64,000 nucleotides of DNA from Gammaproteobacteria bacterium (GCA_965221955.1 CBDCTA010000028.1:1-64000); one strand, 5' to 3'; shown: positions 52,215 through 63,946, counted from the stretch's first letter. The notes: generated by a model from the sequence alone, not told the origin. Numbers and translations: made by a program.

Positions 52215-54005
52215 CTAGTATGTTCTGGCTTTAGGAGGAATCACCTCTACATCGTCGCTTTGTGTATACATATGCACAGGACGGTAGTCGATGGTTACAT
52301 TACCTTTTTCATCTACAGAAACTAAAGAATGTTTCATCCAGTTATCATCATCACGTTCTGGATAATCATCACGTGCTTGTGCGCCACGACTTTCAGTTCG
52401 GTTTAACGCAGATTGAGCCGTTGCTAATGCTTGTGGCATTAGGTTAGTAAGTTCCAAAGTTTCTACTAGATCTGTATTCCAAATCATTGAACGGTCAGTA
52501 ACTTTCAAGTCATCCATTTGATCATTCAAGACACGAAGTTTTTCTAAGCCTTTCTCAATGGATTCACCTGTTCTAAATACTGCAGCATGGTTTTGCATAG
52601 TTTTTTGCATTTCCATACGCAAGTCTGCGGTAGCAACACTGCCATTTGCATGACGCAACTTATCAAATCGATCTAGAACTTTATCTACCGCACCATTTTT
52701 TAATTCACTATGTGGTTGCTTTGGTTTTACAAGCTCTGCTGCACGTATTGCGGCAGCGCGCCCAAATACAACTAAATCAAGTAAGGAGTTAGAACCTAAT
52801 CGATTTGCACCATGGACAGATACACATGCTGCCTCACCAATTGCCATGAGTCCGGGTATGACCGTGTCCGGATCACCATCTTTAAGTGTGACTACTTCAC
52901 CATGATAATTGGTAGGAATTCCCCCCATGTTGTAATGCACAGTAGGAATAACTGGAATGGGTTCTTTTGTTACATCAACCCCTGCAAATATGCGAGCGGA
53001 CTCTGCAATTCCGGGAAGCTTTTCATTAATTAAATCCGCACCTAAATGTTCAAGGTGCAAATGAATATGATCCTTTTCTTCTCCGATACCACGACCTTCG
53101 TTTATTTCCACTGTCATAGAACGGCTGACTACATCACGTGAAGCCAAGTCTTTTGCATTCGGAGCATAACGCTCCATGAAGCGCTCACCATCAGAATTCG
53201 TTAAATAACCACCCTCGCCTCGTACACCTTCAGTAATTAAGCATCCTGCCCCATAAATTCCAGTTGGATGAAACTGAACAAATTCCATATCTTGTAAAGG
53301 AAGCCCGGCACGCAACACCATGCCATTGCCATCACCCGTACAAGTATGTGCAGAGGTACAAGAAAAATAAGTGCGTCCATAACCACCAGTGGCAAGAAGT
53401 ACCATGTGTGCGCGGTAAATATGCAAATCACCCGTGGCTAAATCCCAAGCCATCACACCTTTACAACTACCATCGTCATCCATCAACAAATCAGTCGCAA
53501 AATATTCAATAAAAAATTCAGCATTATGTTTTAAGGATTGCTGATACAAGGTATGCAAAATTGCATGACCTGTACGATCGGCTGCAGCACAGGTTCGTTG
53601 TGCAATTCCTTCACCATAATGCGTTGTCATACCTCCGAACGGACGCTGATAAATCTTTCCTGCATCAGTTCGAGAAAATGGCACACCATAATGCTCAAGT
53701 TCTACTACCGCAGGAATAGCTTCGCGGCACATATATTCAATTGCGTCTTGATCACCTAACCAATCAGAACCTTTTACGGTGTCATACATATGCCAACGCC
53801 AGTCATCTTCACCCATATTACCGAGTGCTGCACTCATTCCACCTTGTGCTGCAACAGTATGACTACGTGTAGGAAACACTTTTGTGATGCATGCAGTAGA
53901 TAGACCACTTACTGCCATACCTAATGTTGCACGCAAGCCAGCGCCGCCCGCGCCAACTACTACTACATCATAAGCATGCTCAATTACGTTGTACGCTTTA
54001 CTCAT
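52215..54005 (-). CDS. sdhA: succinate dehydrogenase flavoprotein
   Basis: [33 protein letters not shown]. Confidence 0.98.
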   Translation of the reverse strand: MSKAYNVIEHAYDVVVVGAGGAGLRATLGMAVSGLSTACITKVFPTRSHTVAAQGGMSAALGNMGEDDWRWHMYDTVKGSDWLGDQDAIEYMCREAIPAVVELEHYGVPFSRTDAGKIYQRPFGGMTTHYGEGIAQRTCAAADRTGHAILHTLYQQSLKHNAEFFIEYFATDLLMDDDGSCKGVMAWDLATGDLHIYRAHMVLLATGGYGRTYFSCTSAHTCTGDGNGMVLRAGLPLQDMEFVQFHPTGIYGAGCLITEGVRGEGGYLTNSDGERFMERYAPNAKDLASRDVVSRSMTVEINEGRGIGEEKDHIHLHLEHLGADLINEKLPGIAESARIFAGVDVTKEPIPVIPTVHYNMGGIPTNYHGEVVTLKDGDPDTVIPGLMAIGEAACVSVHGANRLGSNSLLDLVVFGRAAAIRAAELVKPKQPHSELKNGAVDKVLDRFDKLRHANGSVATADLRMEMQKTMQNHAAVFRTGESIEKGLEKLRVLNDQMDDLKVTDRSMIWNTDLVETLELTNLMPQALATAQSALNRTESRGAQARDDYPERDDDNWMKHSLVSVDEKGNVTIDYRPVHMYTQSDDVEVIPPKARTY

Positions 54006-54015
54006 AGTTAAATTT

Positions 54016-54387
54016 TTATAAAAAGATTTTTAGTAACGCAACAATTCCAACCACTGCGAGCACAATACATAGAAAATTAATAATGACTAAAGTCGCTATT
54101 TTCAACCATCCATGCACATAGTCTTCAACAATTACCTGTAGCCCTAGCTGCGTGTGATAAAAAGTTGCCACAATAAATAAAATGAGTGCGACTACAACAT
54201 ATGGGTTTGATAACCAAGAAACTACAGACTCATAACTAGCATTTCCCAAACAAGCCACTGCAAAAACAAACCAAATAGCTAGCGGCACCAATGCAACTGC
54301 AGTGAGTCTTTGCAGCCACCAATGGCTTGCACCTTCTTTTGCAGAACCTAAACCTTTGGCTTCAGATAATGGTGTACGTAGTGACAT
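54016..54387 (-). CDS. sdhD: succinate dehydrogenase hydrophobic anchor
   Basis: Start reassigned to MSLRTPL; [26 protein letters not shown]. Confidence 0.92.
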   Translation of the reverse strand: MSLRTPLSEAKGLGSAKEGASHWWLQRLTAVALVPLAIWFVFAVACLGNASYESVVSWLSNPYVVVALILFIVATFYHTQLGLQVIVEDYVHGWLKIATLVIINFLCIVLAVVGIVALLKIFL

Positions 54388-54398
54388 AAGATTTAACT

Positions 54399-54776
54399 TT
54401 AGTAAGCTACCCACCACACAGCAATGGTGAGTATAAGTGTTGCAAGGATTACCCAAATACCAGATTTGAATGTTGTACCTTTTTCAAATCCATAGCCTGC
54501 GTCCCAAAATAAATGACGAATTCCATTAAAGAGATGTAAAAATAGCGCGAAGGTCCATAGAAACAAAAACGCTTTGCCAATTTTGCTTGCAAGAATTCCT
54601 CTGATCCACTCATAACACTCAGGATCTGAAGCCACTGAAACTAAAACCGCTACCATTAAAACAGCACCTATTGCGAGCGCAACACCCGTAACACGGTGAA
54701 GAATTGAAATTGCCATGGCTAATGGCCATTTATAAATTCCCAAATGTGGCGATAATGGCCGCTGACTACCCGCCAT
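54399..54776 (-). CDS. sdhC: succinate dehydrogenase cytochrome b556
   Basis: RPLSPHL.IY, SILHRVTG, NGIRHLFWD. Confidence 0.95.
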   Translation of the reverse strand: MAGSQRPLSPHLGIYKWPLAMAISILHRVTGVALAIGAVLMVAVLVSVASDPECYEWIRGILASKIGKAFLFLWTFALFLHLFNGIRHLFWDAGYGFEKGTTFKSGIWVILATLILTIAVWWVAY

Positions 54777-55046
54777 GAAGCTCCTCTTTAATACCTAGCT
54801 AATGCACCTCAGAAACCACTTATCCCGGTATCCATTTACCGTCATCCATTTAGTAGAGGTGATGAAATCGATTTATTATGGTCTGAATACTACCCGATTG
54901 ACACAGGATATTGAACATATCTCTAAAGAAATGCGAGTAATAACAATCGCTTAAATGATTTTAATTCTATGATTTATGATAGATTCTGAGTCTTAAACCT
55001 ATTTTACATGAAATAAAAGTTAGCTTGGTTACATTTTAAACAGCAA

Positions 55047-56099
55047 ATGAATAAAAACTGGCAAGAATTCTTATCTACTCAAGGAGCAGTGTTGGACAAC
55101 AACGTCGTTCAAGGCTTTGAGCCATTTGAGGCTCCTTACTATTCAGAGGAAGAAACTTACCTTTGTGACCTATCATCCTATGGAATCATTCAGGCTACAG
55201 GTGAAGATACACAATCTTTCTTACATGGCCAATTCACCAATGACCTCAACCACGTTACAGAAACAATAAGCCAAATAAGTGGTTACTGTAATCCTAAAGG
55301 AAGATTACTTAGTGTGTTTCGAGTATTTATATATGAAAACAAATATTTTCTACTCATGCCAAAAGATGTGCTTGAGCCTGTACTTAACAAACTCTCCATG
55401 TTCAAACTCATGGCAAAAGTAGATTTAACAGATGTTTCAAATGACTTTGCAGTTTTTGGGCTAGCTGGAGCCCGCACCGAATACATACTTGATGAAAACG
55501 AAATGCAGCTTCCTCTAAAGACTGATCACTGCATTCAATACGATGGAGCTACAGTAATCAATGTTCCTGGCGTAACGTCTCGTGCTCTTTTTATTTCTAC
55601 ACCTGAAAAAGCAGAGAAAATTTGGAATGCATTATCAGAAAAGTCAAAAAAAACATCATCAAATATTTGGCAGCTTTACGACATACATGCAGGTATTCCA
55701 CAAATAACTAGCGAAACATTTGAAGCGTTCACACCACAGATGGTGAACTTAGAACTCATTGGTGGAGTAAATTTTCAAAAAGGTTGTTATCCTGGTCAAG
55801 AAATTGTTGCAAGGACTCATTACTTAGGCAAACCTAATAGGAGGATGTATAAAATAGATAGTCTTGCAGAGCAAACTTTCCCGCCAAGCACTAATATATA
55901 CTCGGAAGAAGATGGTGAACAACCAGTTGGTAAAATTGTGAGCTGTGTTAGATTTACGAGAGACAATATTTCCGCGCTTACTGTATTAAGAACTGAAAGA
56001 GAAAATAGCAACCACCTAAAAATTGGAGCAATAAATGGCCCCACTGCATTAATCAGAACTTTGCCTTATGACCTTAATCCAAATGATTCCTCAACATAG
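55047..56099 (+). CDS. ygfZ: folate-binding Fe-S assembly protein
   Basis: KGCYPGQE motif. Confidence 0.93.
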   Translation: MNKNWQEFLSTQGAVLDNNVVQGFEPFEAPYYSEEETYLCDLSSYGIIQATGEDTQSFLHGQFTNDLNHVTETISQISGYCNPKGRLLSVFRVFIYENKYFLLMPKDVLEPVLNKLSMFKLMAKVDLTDVSNDFAVFGLAGARTEYILDENEMQLPLKTDHCIQYDGATVINVPGVTSRALFISTPEKAEKIWNALSEKSKKTSSNIWQLYDIHAGIPQITSETFEAFTPQMVNLELIGGVNFQKGCYPGQEIVARTHYLGKPNRRMYKIDSLAEQTFPPSTNIYSEEDGEQPVGKIVSCVRFTRDNISALTVLRTERENSNHLKIGAINGPTALIRTLPYDLNPNDSST

Positions 56100-56160
56100 G
56101 AATAAAATGTCTTCTATATCTATAGAAGTGTTTCAAATATTGATCAATTAACATTGAACA

Positions 56161-57297
56161 TTAAAACTCTATAGAGAATTGTGCGGCAAATAAATTACGG
56201 TCCTCAAGTTCTCTATCTTCATCATCAAAAACAAAACTTTTTTCAAATTTTCCATATAAATATTCTGCTGTAACACTTACCCTATCTTTAGGCCGCCATG
56301 TTGTGGATATACCATATTGGTTTTTAGGCTCATCAGAATATTCATGAGATTCTTCATAACGCAAAGAAAATTGTATAAGTGGATTATAAAAATAAGCTAA
56401 TTCAATATTAAATGCAGAGGGTTTATCCTCTTGTTTTTCAAACTCTCTAAAATGCCGCAATGCAGTAACATGTTCTGCAGTAATTTCAAAATGATTAATA
56501 CCCAACAATGCATAAACATTTAATGCATCTACTCTATTTTGGTAAATATTATTTTCATCTCTTAAAAATCTCTCATCACTTTCAGATAAATCAGAGAGGT
56601 AACCAATACCAAATCTAATAGATTCTGCCATCGACACAAACTCAAAATTTACACCCCAATCATATTCAGTATTTCTGTCTAATTTTTCTGAATCACTATC
56701 GATAACAAATGCACTGACCTCAAATTTTTCAAAAAAGGAATAATCAATTATTAGCCCATTCCTAATTGTTTCTCCAAATTCTAATAATGGCCCTGTTATA
56801 AAGTGACTGTAATATTCGCCAAAAGGAATAGAAAGTTTACCAACCTCGACCCCCAAACCGATCTCATCAAAATCTAAGTATACGAATGCCTCATCCATTC
56901 GTGCAGTATGCTTATCCCCATCATGTTCTACCTCATATACAATTTCTGAGCCAAACCACTCGGTAAAATTTAACTCTAACCCAAACTGAACAGTTGGGGT
57001 TGTATTACCATATTCGCGATTTTTTTTATTATTCTTTAAATTTTCTTCGAAATACTCTTTTTCAACTTCCAGCAATCCTGAAAACGCAAGCCACTCATTT
57101 AGTTCTGTTACTAGTCCTGCCTCTCTTCTCTCATCTGGGGTGCGATAAATTCGTGCTTTTTCAGATTCACTTGCTTGAAGCTCATTAGAAAACAATACAC
57201 CAACAACACAAACGATGGATGTTAATAAAATTAACAAGATTCGTTTTTTAAATTTTATGGCTTCTATCAACATCAGAATAAAAAGTCGAAAATACAA
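56161..57297 (-). CDS. outer-membrane beta-barrel protein (LbtU-like porin)
   Basis: SGLLEVE, DEAF, PFG.Y.SHFITGPL, C-terminal aromatic FSIEF; start uncertain. Confidence 0.7.
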   Translation of the reverse strand: MYFRLFILMLIEAIKFKKRILLILLTSIVCVVGVLFSNELQASESEKARIYRTPDERREAGLVTELNEWLAFSGLLEVEKEYFEENLKNNKKNREYGNTTPTVQFGLELNFTEWFGSEIVYEVEHDGDKHTARMDEAFVYLDFDEIGLGVEVGKLSIPFGEYYSHFITGPLLEFGETIRNGLIIDYSFFEKFEVSAFVIDSDSEKLDRNTEYDWGVNFEFVSMAESIRFGIGYLSDLSESDERFLRDENNIYQNRVDALNVYALLGINHFEITAEHVTALRHFREFEKQEDKPSAFNIELAYFYNPLIQFSLRYEESHEYSDEPKNQYGISTTWRPKDRVSVTAEYLYGKFEKSFVFDDEDRELEDRNLFAAQFSIEF

Positions 57298-57532
57298 TTA
57301 CCATCTACGCTATATTAAATATTTCTATATCTCAGTGATATAAATTAAAGTACCTTATAAAAATCACTAAAAGTTAACCATATGGTAATGTTTTATTGTA
57401 TGAATTGTCTTACCGTTACACTACAACATAGGAGTTTTTAGTAAAATTATTTAGAATACTCGTATTGGTGCTATAGCCCGAAATATCATAGGTTTAATCT
57501 AGATTCGGCTGTAATTTAAGAGATAGCTATCC

Positions 57533-58213
57533 ATGAAATTACTTTTAATAGAAGATGACTTAGTAATTGCAGATTTTATTCAAAAAGGGATGAAAGAAGC
57601 TGGATTTGCGATTGATCATATGCAAGATGGTCAAATGGGCCTAAGCGCTGCATTGAATTACACATACGACCTTGCGATTATTGACTTAATGCTACCTAAA
57701 CTTGATGGCATTTCAATTATTGACCGAATCCGCCAAAAAAAACTAAACCTACCCATCATAATTTTAAGTGCAAAAAGAACTGTGGATGATCGTATTGATG
57801 GTTTACAACATGGCAGTGATGATTACCTAACTAAACCCTTCTCGTTCAGCGAACTATTAGCAAGAGTAGAAGCAGTATTACGTCGGTCGAATAATACTAT
57901 AGAGCCCACAAACTTAAATATAAGCAATTTATCTCTAGACCTTCTAGCTCGTACTGTAGTGAGAGATAACAAAAAAATTGACCTTCAACCCAAAGAATTT
58001 GCATTACTTGAATATCTTGTAAGAAACACTGGTCACGTAGTTTCCAAAACGATGATTATGGAAAGAGTTTGGAACTACGACTTTGATCCTGGAACAAATG
58101 TAGTGGAAGCACGCATAAGTAAGCTCAGAGAAAAAATAGACAAAGGTTTTGACACACAACTGATCCACACTGTTCGAGGATTAGGGTACGTTCTTAAAGA
58201 AACATATGTTTAA
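57533..58213 (+). CDS. OmpR-family response regulator (CusR/CzcR-like)
   Basis: DLMLP, DDYLTKPFSFSELLAR, VWNYDFDP.TNVVE, IHTVRGLGY. Confidence 0.9.
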   Translation: MKLLLIEDDLVIADFIQKGMKEAGFAIDHMQDGQMGLSAALNYTYDLAIIDLMLPKLDGISIIDRIRQKKLNLPIIILSAKRTVDDRIDGLQHGSDDYLTKPFSFSELLARVEAVLRRSNNTIEPTNLNISNLSLDLLARTVVRDNKKIDLQPKEFALLEYLVRNTGHVVSKTMIMERVWNYDFDPGTNVVEARISKLREKIDKGFDTQLIHTVRGLGYVLKETYV

Positions 58214-59594
58214 ATCAAGACACACTTTATCATTCAGACTCACAGCATGGTTCACTGCTACCTTTGTTACTATTTTTATTATTGCTATAGGGCTACTATA
58301 TTTTTTAACTAATTCTGCGCTTAACAACCGTATAAACGACGATCTTATTGATGATATTGAAGAGTTTAGAACTCTATATAACAAGGGAGGAATCTCTGAG
58401 CTGAGACATGAAATAATAAATGAAATATTAACAGAGGATATGTCATCAGAATTTATAAGAATACTTGATGAAAATGGTGATCAAATATTTTCTTCTGACT
58501 TATCACACTGGAAGGGACTGCATACAATTGAAACGGTCTTGCAACGAGCAGTCGACGTTCATCCAAAACCTATTCTAGAAACTGTGAAATTTCGAGATCA
58601 GGAATACAAAACAAGAATAATCTATGGACTCATTGCTCCCAATATTATAGCTCAACTAGGCGAGTCGACTGAAGAAAAACAAGAAATTATGGAACTTCTT
58701 CCATTAGCACTGCTACCGTTATTTTTTATCATGTTGCCCTTTGCGTCATTTATTGGATGGCTAGTAGCAAGACAAGCTGTAAAAGATATACAAGAAGTAA
58801 GCGATGCAGTATTAGATATCGAGAAAGGTGAGTTTGATCGTCGCGTAACAATTAATTCTAAAAGCACTGAAATCCAAATACTTGCGAATACTTTTAACAA
58901 TATGGCAGCACGCATTCGTTCCCTGATTAATGAGATGAGAGAAATGATAGATAATATAGCTCATGACATGCGAAGCCCAGTTGGCAGAATTAGAGCGATC
59001 TCGGAAGGAGCTTTATCAAGTAAAGACTCAATAACTGAATACCAATCTGCAGCAGCGGATACTTTGGAAGAATGCGATCGACTTATCCAAATGATTAATA
59101 CAACGCTCGATGTAGCTGAAACAGAAGCTGGTGTTGGCAATATGCAGAAACAGGACATTAATGTTTCTGAACTTGTTGAAGGTGCATGTGAATTATTCAG
59201 CCCTGCTGCAGAAGAAAAAAATATCGATTTAACTTGCCAAGTATTACCAAATCGTCATATTCAAGGTAATGAACAAAATATTTTAAGGATGCTAGCTAAC
59301 TTATTAGATAATGCCCTCAAATACACACCTGAGAATGGCAAAGTAACCATAAATTTGACAAATAATCCTCAAACAGTACGTATTGCAGTGAAAGATTCTG
59401 GAATTGGTATACCAAAATCTGAACATAACAGAGTTTTTGATCGCTTTTACAGATGTGACAGTAGTCGTACTACAAATGGTTGTGGTTTAGGTTTAAGTTT
59501 TTCCATAGCTGTTGCGCGAGCACACAACGGTGATATCACGCTTGAAAGTTCTCCTAACATTGGAAGCACTTTTACAATTACTCTTCCAAAATAA
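58206..59594 (+). CDS. HAMP sensor histidine kinase
   Basis: Two TM helices, AHDMRSP, NLLDNALKY, DSGIGI, GCGLGL. Confidence 0.92.
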   Translation: MFKSRHTLSFRLTAWFTATFVTIFIIAIGLLYFLTNSALNNRINDDLIDDIEEFRTLYNKGGISELRHEIINEILTEDMSSEFIRILDENGDQIFSSDLSHWKGLHTIETVLQRAVDVHPKPILETVKFRDQEYKTRIIYGLIAPNIIAQLGESTEEKQEIMELLPLALLPLFFIMLPFASFIGWLVARQAVKDIQEVSDAVLDIEKGEFDRRVTINSKSTEIQILANTFNNMAARIRSLINEMREMIDNIAHDMRSPVGRIRAISEGALSSKDSITEYQSAAADTLEECDRLIQMINTTLDVAETEAGVGNMQKQDINVSELVEGACELFSPAAEEKNIDLTCQVLPNRHIQGNEQNILRMLANLLDNALKYTPENGKVTINLTNNPQTVRIAVKDSGIGIPKSEHNRVFDRFYRCDSSRTTNGCGLGLSFSIAVARAHNGDITLESSPNIGSTFTITLPK

Positions 59595-59611
59595 ATTTAT
59601 TCAATACACTT

Positions 59612-59651
59612 AGTTACTTTAATATTACTAAATAGTAATACTAAAGTAACT
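59612..59651. promoter_or_regulatory. long palindrome with ATTAC-N6-GTAAT core (CzcR/CusR-type box)
   Basis: AGTTACTTTAATATTACT-AAAT-AGTAATACTAAAGTAACT. Confidence 0.6.
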
Positions 59652-59715
59652 TTCAAGTTAGCTTTCTGACTTACCTTTATGGCTATGTTAATTTCATATC
59701 ATAGTTATAGCCATA

Positions 59716-60858
59716 ATGAAAATTGCGCATGTTCTAGGTTCATTTGATCGAACAGGTGTAACGACTGTTGTCTTAAGAATTTCTAAGTCCATGTCTGACT
59801 ATGGACATAATGTTGACATTATAGTTTGGAACGATAACAACATTCCCATATTGCCAAAAAATATAAATATAATTTTCATTAAAATTTTTGGGCTATCAAG
59901 AAGACCATTAATAGGTAAATATTTTAGAAAACTTCATAAACGTTTATTTAAAGATGTAATTTATAGTTTTTTATACTCTACATTCTTCTCAAGAAATTTT
60001 GACAAAGTTATAAATAAAAATCGATATGACATTATTTACTTTCATGGAATGAGATATTACCCCTTTCATAAGACAAAATTACCTCACATAGTTGTTGCGC
60101 ACAGCGTAAAATCTTTAAGCCTTCTAAATTCCTCCAACTCTTTAGTAAACTCATTAAACAATTTATGCTTAAAAAGAATATATAAAAACAAAACCATACT
60201 TACTGTTTCAAATGGAGTTAGAGAAGATTTAATAAATAATTTTTCTGCAAATAAAAATAAAATATTTTGCGTATATAATCCTTTCAATATACAAGATATA
60301 AAAGAAAAAGCTGACCATTTCGTTCCAGATATATATTCACCTCATGGCTACATAATCTCAATCGGAAGATCATGCAAAACAAAACGTTTTGACTTATTGT
60401 TGGATGCTTATGCTTTATCAGGAATAAAAGAACATTTGTTAATAATTGGATCCAATGCAAAACATTTTTCAAGATTAAAAAAATATGCGAAAAATTTAAA
60501 TATTGATAACTTGGTTCACTTCATACCACACCAAGAGAATATCTTTCCTTTTATTAAAAATGCAAAGCTGACAGTAGTCACGTCAGAATACGAAGGATTC
60601 GGAAATACGATTGTTGAGTCACTAATTTGTGGAGTACCTGTAGTTAGCACAGATTGTAACTTTGGCCCAAGAGAAATCTTGACAGGGAAAATGCAAAAAT
60701 ATCTAGTAAAAAATAATGACCCTAATGATATTAGTAAAAAAATACGAAAATGCTTAAATGAAAAACCTAAAATAGAATCACACAATTATAGAAGATTCGA
60801 AGACAAAAGGATTGTAACTAAATATTTTGAACATTCTATAAATATTACCAATCAATAA
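59716..60858 (+). CDS. GT4-family glycosyltransferase
   Basis: YNP, GR...KRFD, S.YEGFGNTIVESLICGVPVVSTDC..GPREI. Confidence 0.9.
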   Translation: MKIAHVLGSFDRTGVTTVVLRISKSMSDYGHNVDIIVWNDNNIPILPKNINIIFIKIFGLSRRPLIGKYFRKLHKRLFKDVIYSFLYSTFFSRNFDKVINKNRYDIIYFHGMRYYPFHKTKLPHIVVAHSVKSLSLLNSSNSLVNSLNNLCLKRIYKNKTILTVSNGVREDLINNFSANKNKIFCVYNPFNIQDIKEKADHFVPDIYSPHGYIISIGRSCKTKRFDLLLDAYALSGIKEHLLIIGSNAKHFSRLKKYAKNLNIDNLVHFIPHQENIFPFIKNAKLTVVTSEYEGFGNTIVESLICGVPVVSTDCNFGPREILTGKMQKYLVKNNDPNDISKKIRKCLNEKPKIESHNYRRFEDKRIVTKYFEHSINITNQ

Positions 60859-60934
60859 TCTTGTAATTATCTATAAGCAATGTTTTGCATGTAACTTCCT
60901 TATTGAATCAGTAAATCAAATACGGGAGAACAAT

Positions 60935-61960
60935 ATGAAAACATTTAAATCGAGAAATATATTTTTATATATTTTACCACTACTATTACTAATACCTTTC
61001 ACCTCAACAAGCTTATTTGCTAGCCATTACAATAAACAAGAACGTTCATGCACTAAGACAGCGAAATTCCTTAACTATGCATGTGGCTTCGAAGTTAGAG
61101 ATGACTATTTGGCAGGTATTGCGATTTGCTTAAATGAGTCAGATGAAGATGAAAAGCGCGACTGTCTAAAAGAAGCAAAAGTTACTCAACGTGAGTCATA
61201 TAATGAATGCCGCGAAGTGTTTAGAGCACGAAAAGCGTTATGTGGAGACATAGGTGAAGAACCCTATGACCCCCCATTCGGAGAGGATTTTGCCGAGAAT
61301 TTTGTAGACCCGACAGAGATTGGAAAGAGTATATCACCAAACCCTTACTTTCCATTAGTCGAAGGAAACAAATGGGTGCTTGAAGGTAAGGCAGTAAATG
61401 AAGAAGGCGAAGAAGAAGTCGAAATCATTACAGTTACAGTAACCGATCAAACTAAACTCATTGACGGTATCACATGTGTAACTGTAATTGATGTTGCAGA
61501 AGTTGACAAAGAAGTACAAGAAATTACAGATGATTGGTATGCACAAGACATTTATGGAAATGTTTGGTATTGCGGTGAAGTTTCACGCAATTTTGAATCT
61601 TTTGAGGGAGACGATCCTGAGTTTCCAGAACTCACAGATCTAGATGGCTCGTGGAAAGCTGGTCGTGATGGCGCTAAAGCAGGAATACTATTACCTTCAG
61701 TACCAGTTGTTGGCGATATATTTAGACAAGAAGTTGCATGGGGAGATGCAGAAGATGTAATCGAAATTCTAGCCACTGATGCTACTGAGTCAGCGCCTGG
61801 AGGATCATGTAATGGTAATTGTCTCCAAACAAGAGATTTCACTCCCCTTGATGCAGAAGCGAATGAAAATAAATTCTATTCCCCAGGTATTGGGTTGATT
61901 CTTGAAATTGATTTAGATACAGGTGATCGAGTAGAACTAATCGAATTCATTTCAAATTAA
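60935..61960 (+). CDS. secreted acidic hypothetical protein with Cys-rich N-terminus
   Basis: Signal peptide; NPYFPL, DWYAQD..GNVWY.GE, GSWKAG.DGA. Confidence 0.7.
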   Translation: MKTFKSRNIFLYILPLLLLIPFTSTSLFASHYNKQERSCTKTAKFLNYACGFEVRDDYLAGIAICLNESDEDEKRDCLKEAKVTQRESYNECREVFRARKALCGDIGEEPYDPPFGEDFAENFVDPTEIGKSISPNPYFPLVEGNKWVLEGKAVNEEGEEEVEIITVTVTDQTKLIDGITCVTVIDVAEVDKEVQEITDDWYAQDIYGNVWYCGEVSRNFESFEGDDPEFPELTDLDGSWKAGRDGAKAGILLPSVPVVGDIFRQEVAWGDAEDVIEILATDATESAPGGSCNGNCLQTRDFTPLDAEANENKFYSPGIGLILEIDLDTGDRVELIEFISN

Positions 61961-61973
61961 CTCTGAACAAGTT

Positions 61974-62000
61974 GTGGCGAGTGTGCATATCGCTCGCCAC
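61974..62000 (+). terminator. stem-loop after secreted protein gene
   Basis: GTGGCGAGTG/CGCTCGCCAC stem; weak U tract. Confidence 0.55.
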
Positions 62001-62034
62001 GCTATTAACTCAGATTATAAAGCAAAACTTTCAA

Positions 62035-62442
62035 ATGAATAAAAATATTTCTCCATTAGAAAGAACTGTGCTAAGACTACTGGCTTCACGAGCAGGAAAA
62101 CAAAAAGATTTAATACATACACAAATTTCACAAGCTAAAGTTGAGAGTAGACAATCTACTAATGTGGGCTTTATAACCAAATTTAGTTTGCCAAATACAG
62201 TCGATTCATTAAAAACAATGAGCAAAAGAAAAGTTTTAGAAATTTATGCAGAACACCCTCACACTCATGCAGGAGCAGAATTCTTATTATGGTTTGAATG
62301 TGGCAGACTAAAGTATTTAGAAGGCTATGTATTTATAGGCCATTGGCCTACTGAAGAATATAACTTCCACTTCTTAACTTATCATGATTCATTAAGTGCC
62401 GATTTAATTGAACGTAACAGCTCAATACACCAACACTATTGA
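62035..62442 (+). CDS. hypothetical protein
   Basis: Start reassigned to MNKNISPLE, downstream of the hairpin. Confidence 0.55.
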   Translation: MNKNISPLERTVLRLLASRAGKQKDLIHTQISQAKVESRQSTNVGFITKFSLPNTVDSLKTMSKRKVLEIYAEHPHTHAGAEFLLWFECGRLKYLEGYVFIGHWPTEEYNFHFLTYHDSLSADLIERNSSIHQHY

Positions 62443-62448
62443 AATAAA

Positions 62449-63939
62449 TCAAGAAGCTGGGCGCATATGAGGGAATAAAATTACATCTCGTATCGTATGC
62501 ATATTCGTAAATAACATCACTAAACGATCTATTCCAATTCCTTCTCCTGCAGTTGGTGGCAACCCGTATTCTAGAGCGCGGATATAGTCTTCATCGTAAT
62601 GCATCGCTTCTTTGTCACCAGCATCTTTTTCTACAACTTGTGCCTGAAAGCGTTCTGCTTGATCTTCAGGGTCGTTTAATTCTGAAAAACCATTTGCGAT
62701 TTCACGCCCACCAACAAAAAACTCAAAACGATCTGTAACAAAAGGGTCATCATCATTCCGCCTTGCAAGCGGGGAAACTTCTGTTGGATACGCAGTAATA
62801 AAGGTTGGGTCTTTTAAATTTTCTTCAACTGTTTTCTCGAAAATTTCAATCTGAATTTTTCCTAAGCCATAGGTTTTTTTAATCGGAATACCTAACTGCT
62901 CCGCCACCTTCTTAGCTTTTTCTATATCATCAAGATCAGCATCTATTAAGTTAGAATTAAAATGCAAAATGGATTCTTTTACTGTCATGCGTGCAAAAGG
63001 CTTACTAAAGTCATACGTATCATCACCGTATTCAATAGAAGTCGTGTTTAACACTTCACTACAAATACCACGCAACATCTCTTCGGTAAGATCCATCAGT
63101 TGACGGTAGTCAGCATACGCTTGATAAAATTCAAGCATAGTAAACTCAGGATTATGACGTGTTGATAAACCTTCATTGCGAAAATTTCGATTTATTTCAA
63201 ATACACGCTCTACTCCACCTACAACTAACCTTTTTAAATAAAGTTCTGGCGCAATGCGTAGAAATAAATCCATACCTAATGCATTGTGATGAGTCTCAAA
63301 AGGTCTTGCAGTAGCGCCACCAGGTATCGCTTGCATCATTGGTGTTTCAACTTCTACAAATTTTCGTTCGGCTAGAAAATCACGTAGGTATTGAATGATT
63401 TGAGTTCTCGTTCTGAAAACATTGCGCGTGTCTTCGCTCATAATCAAATCTACATAACGTTGGCGATATTTTTGTTCTTGATCTGTTAAGCCATGATATT
63501 TTTCTGGCAAAGGTCGCAAAGATTTAGTCAACAAAGAAACGGACTCCATCTTTATATATAAATCGCCTTTACCGGATTTATGTATGGGCCCTTGTACACC
63601 AATAATGTCGCCGATATCCCAAGTATCGATTTCTTTAACAAGGTCTTTTGCTAAACCTTTTCGATCAATATACGACTGAATCCGTCCGGACATATCTTGC
63701 AATACAAGAAATGGGCCTCGCTTAGCCATGACACGACCAGCAATAGATGCTGTTTGGTTTAATTCAACGAGTTCTTCTTTTGACTTATCACCAAATAAAT
63801 CCTGCAAGTCTTGAGCATAGCTATCGCGTTTAAAAACATTAGGATAGGCATTACCTTTTTCACGTAACTCATTTAACTTTGCACGACGTTGTGCAATGAG
63901 CTTGTTTTCATCTTCCATGTTTTGTTTATTGTCTGCCAT
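62449..63939 (-). CDS. lysS: lysyl-tRNA synthetase (class II)
   Basis: [38 protein letters not shown]. Confidence 0.98.
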   Translation of the reverse strand: MADNKQNMEDENKLIAQRRAKLNELREKGNAYPNVFKRDSYAQDLQDLFGDKSKEELVELNQTASIAGRVMAKRGPFLVLQDMSGRIQSYIDRKGLAKDLVKEIDTWDIGDIIGVQGPIHKSGKGDLYIKMESVSLLTKSLRPLPEKYHGLTDQEQKYRQRYVDLIMSEDTRNVFRTRTQIIQYLRDFLAERKFVEVETPMMQAIPGGATARPFETHHNALGMDLFLRIAPELYLKRLVVGGVERVFEINRNFRNEGLSTRHNPEFTMLEFYQAYADYRQLMDLTEEMLRGICSEVLNTTSIEYGDDTYDFSKPFARMTVKESILHFNSNLIDADLDDIEKAKKVAEQLGIPIKKTYGLGKIQIEIFEKTVEENLKDPTFITAYPTEVSPLARRNDDDPFVTDRFEFFVGGREIANGFSELNDPEDQAERFQAQVVEKDAGDKEAMHYDEDYIRALEYGLPPTAGEGIGIDRLVMLFTNMHTIRDVILFPHMRPAS

Positions 63940-63946
63940 AGTATTT

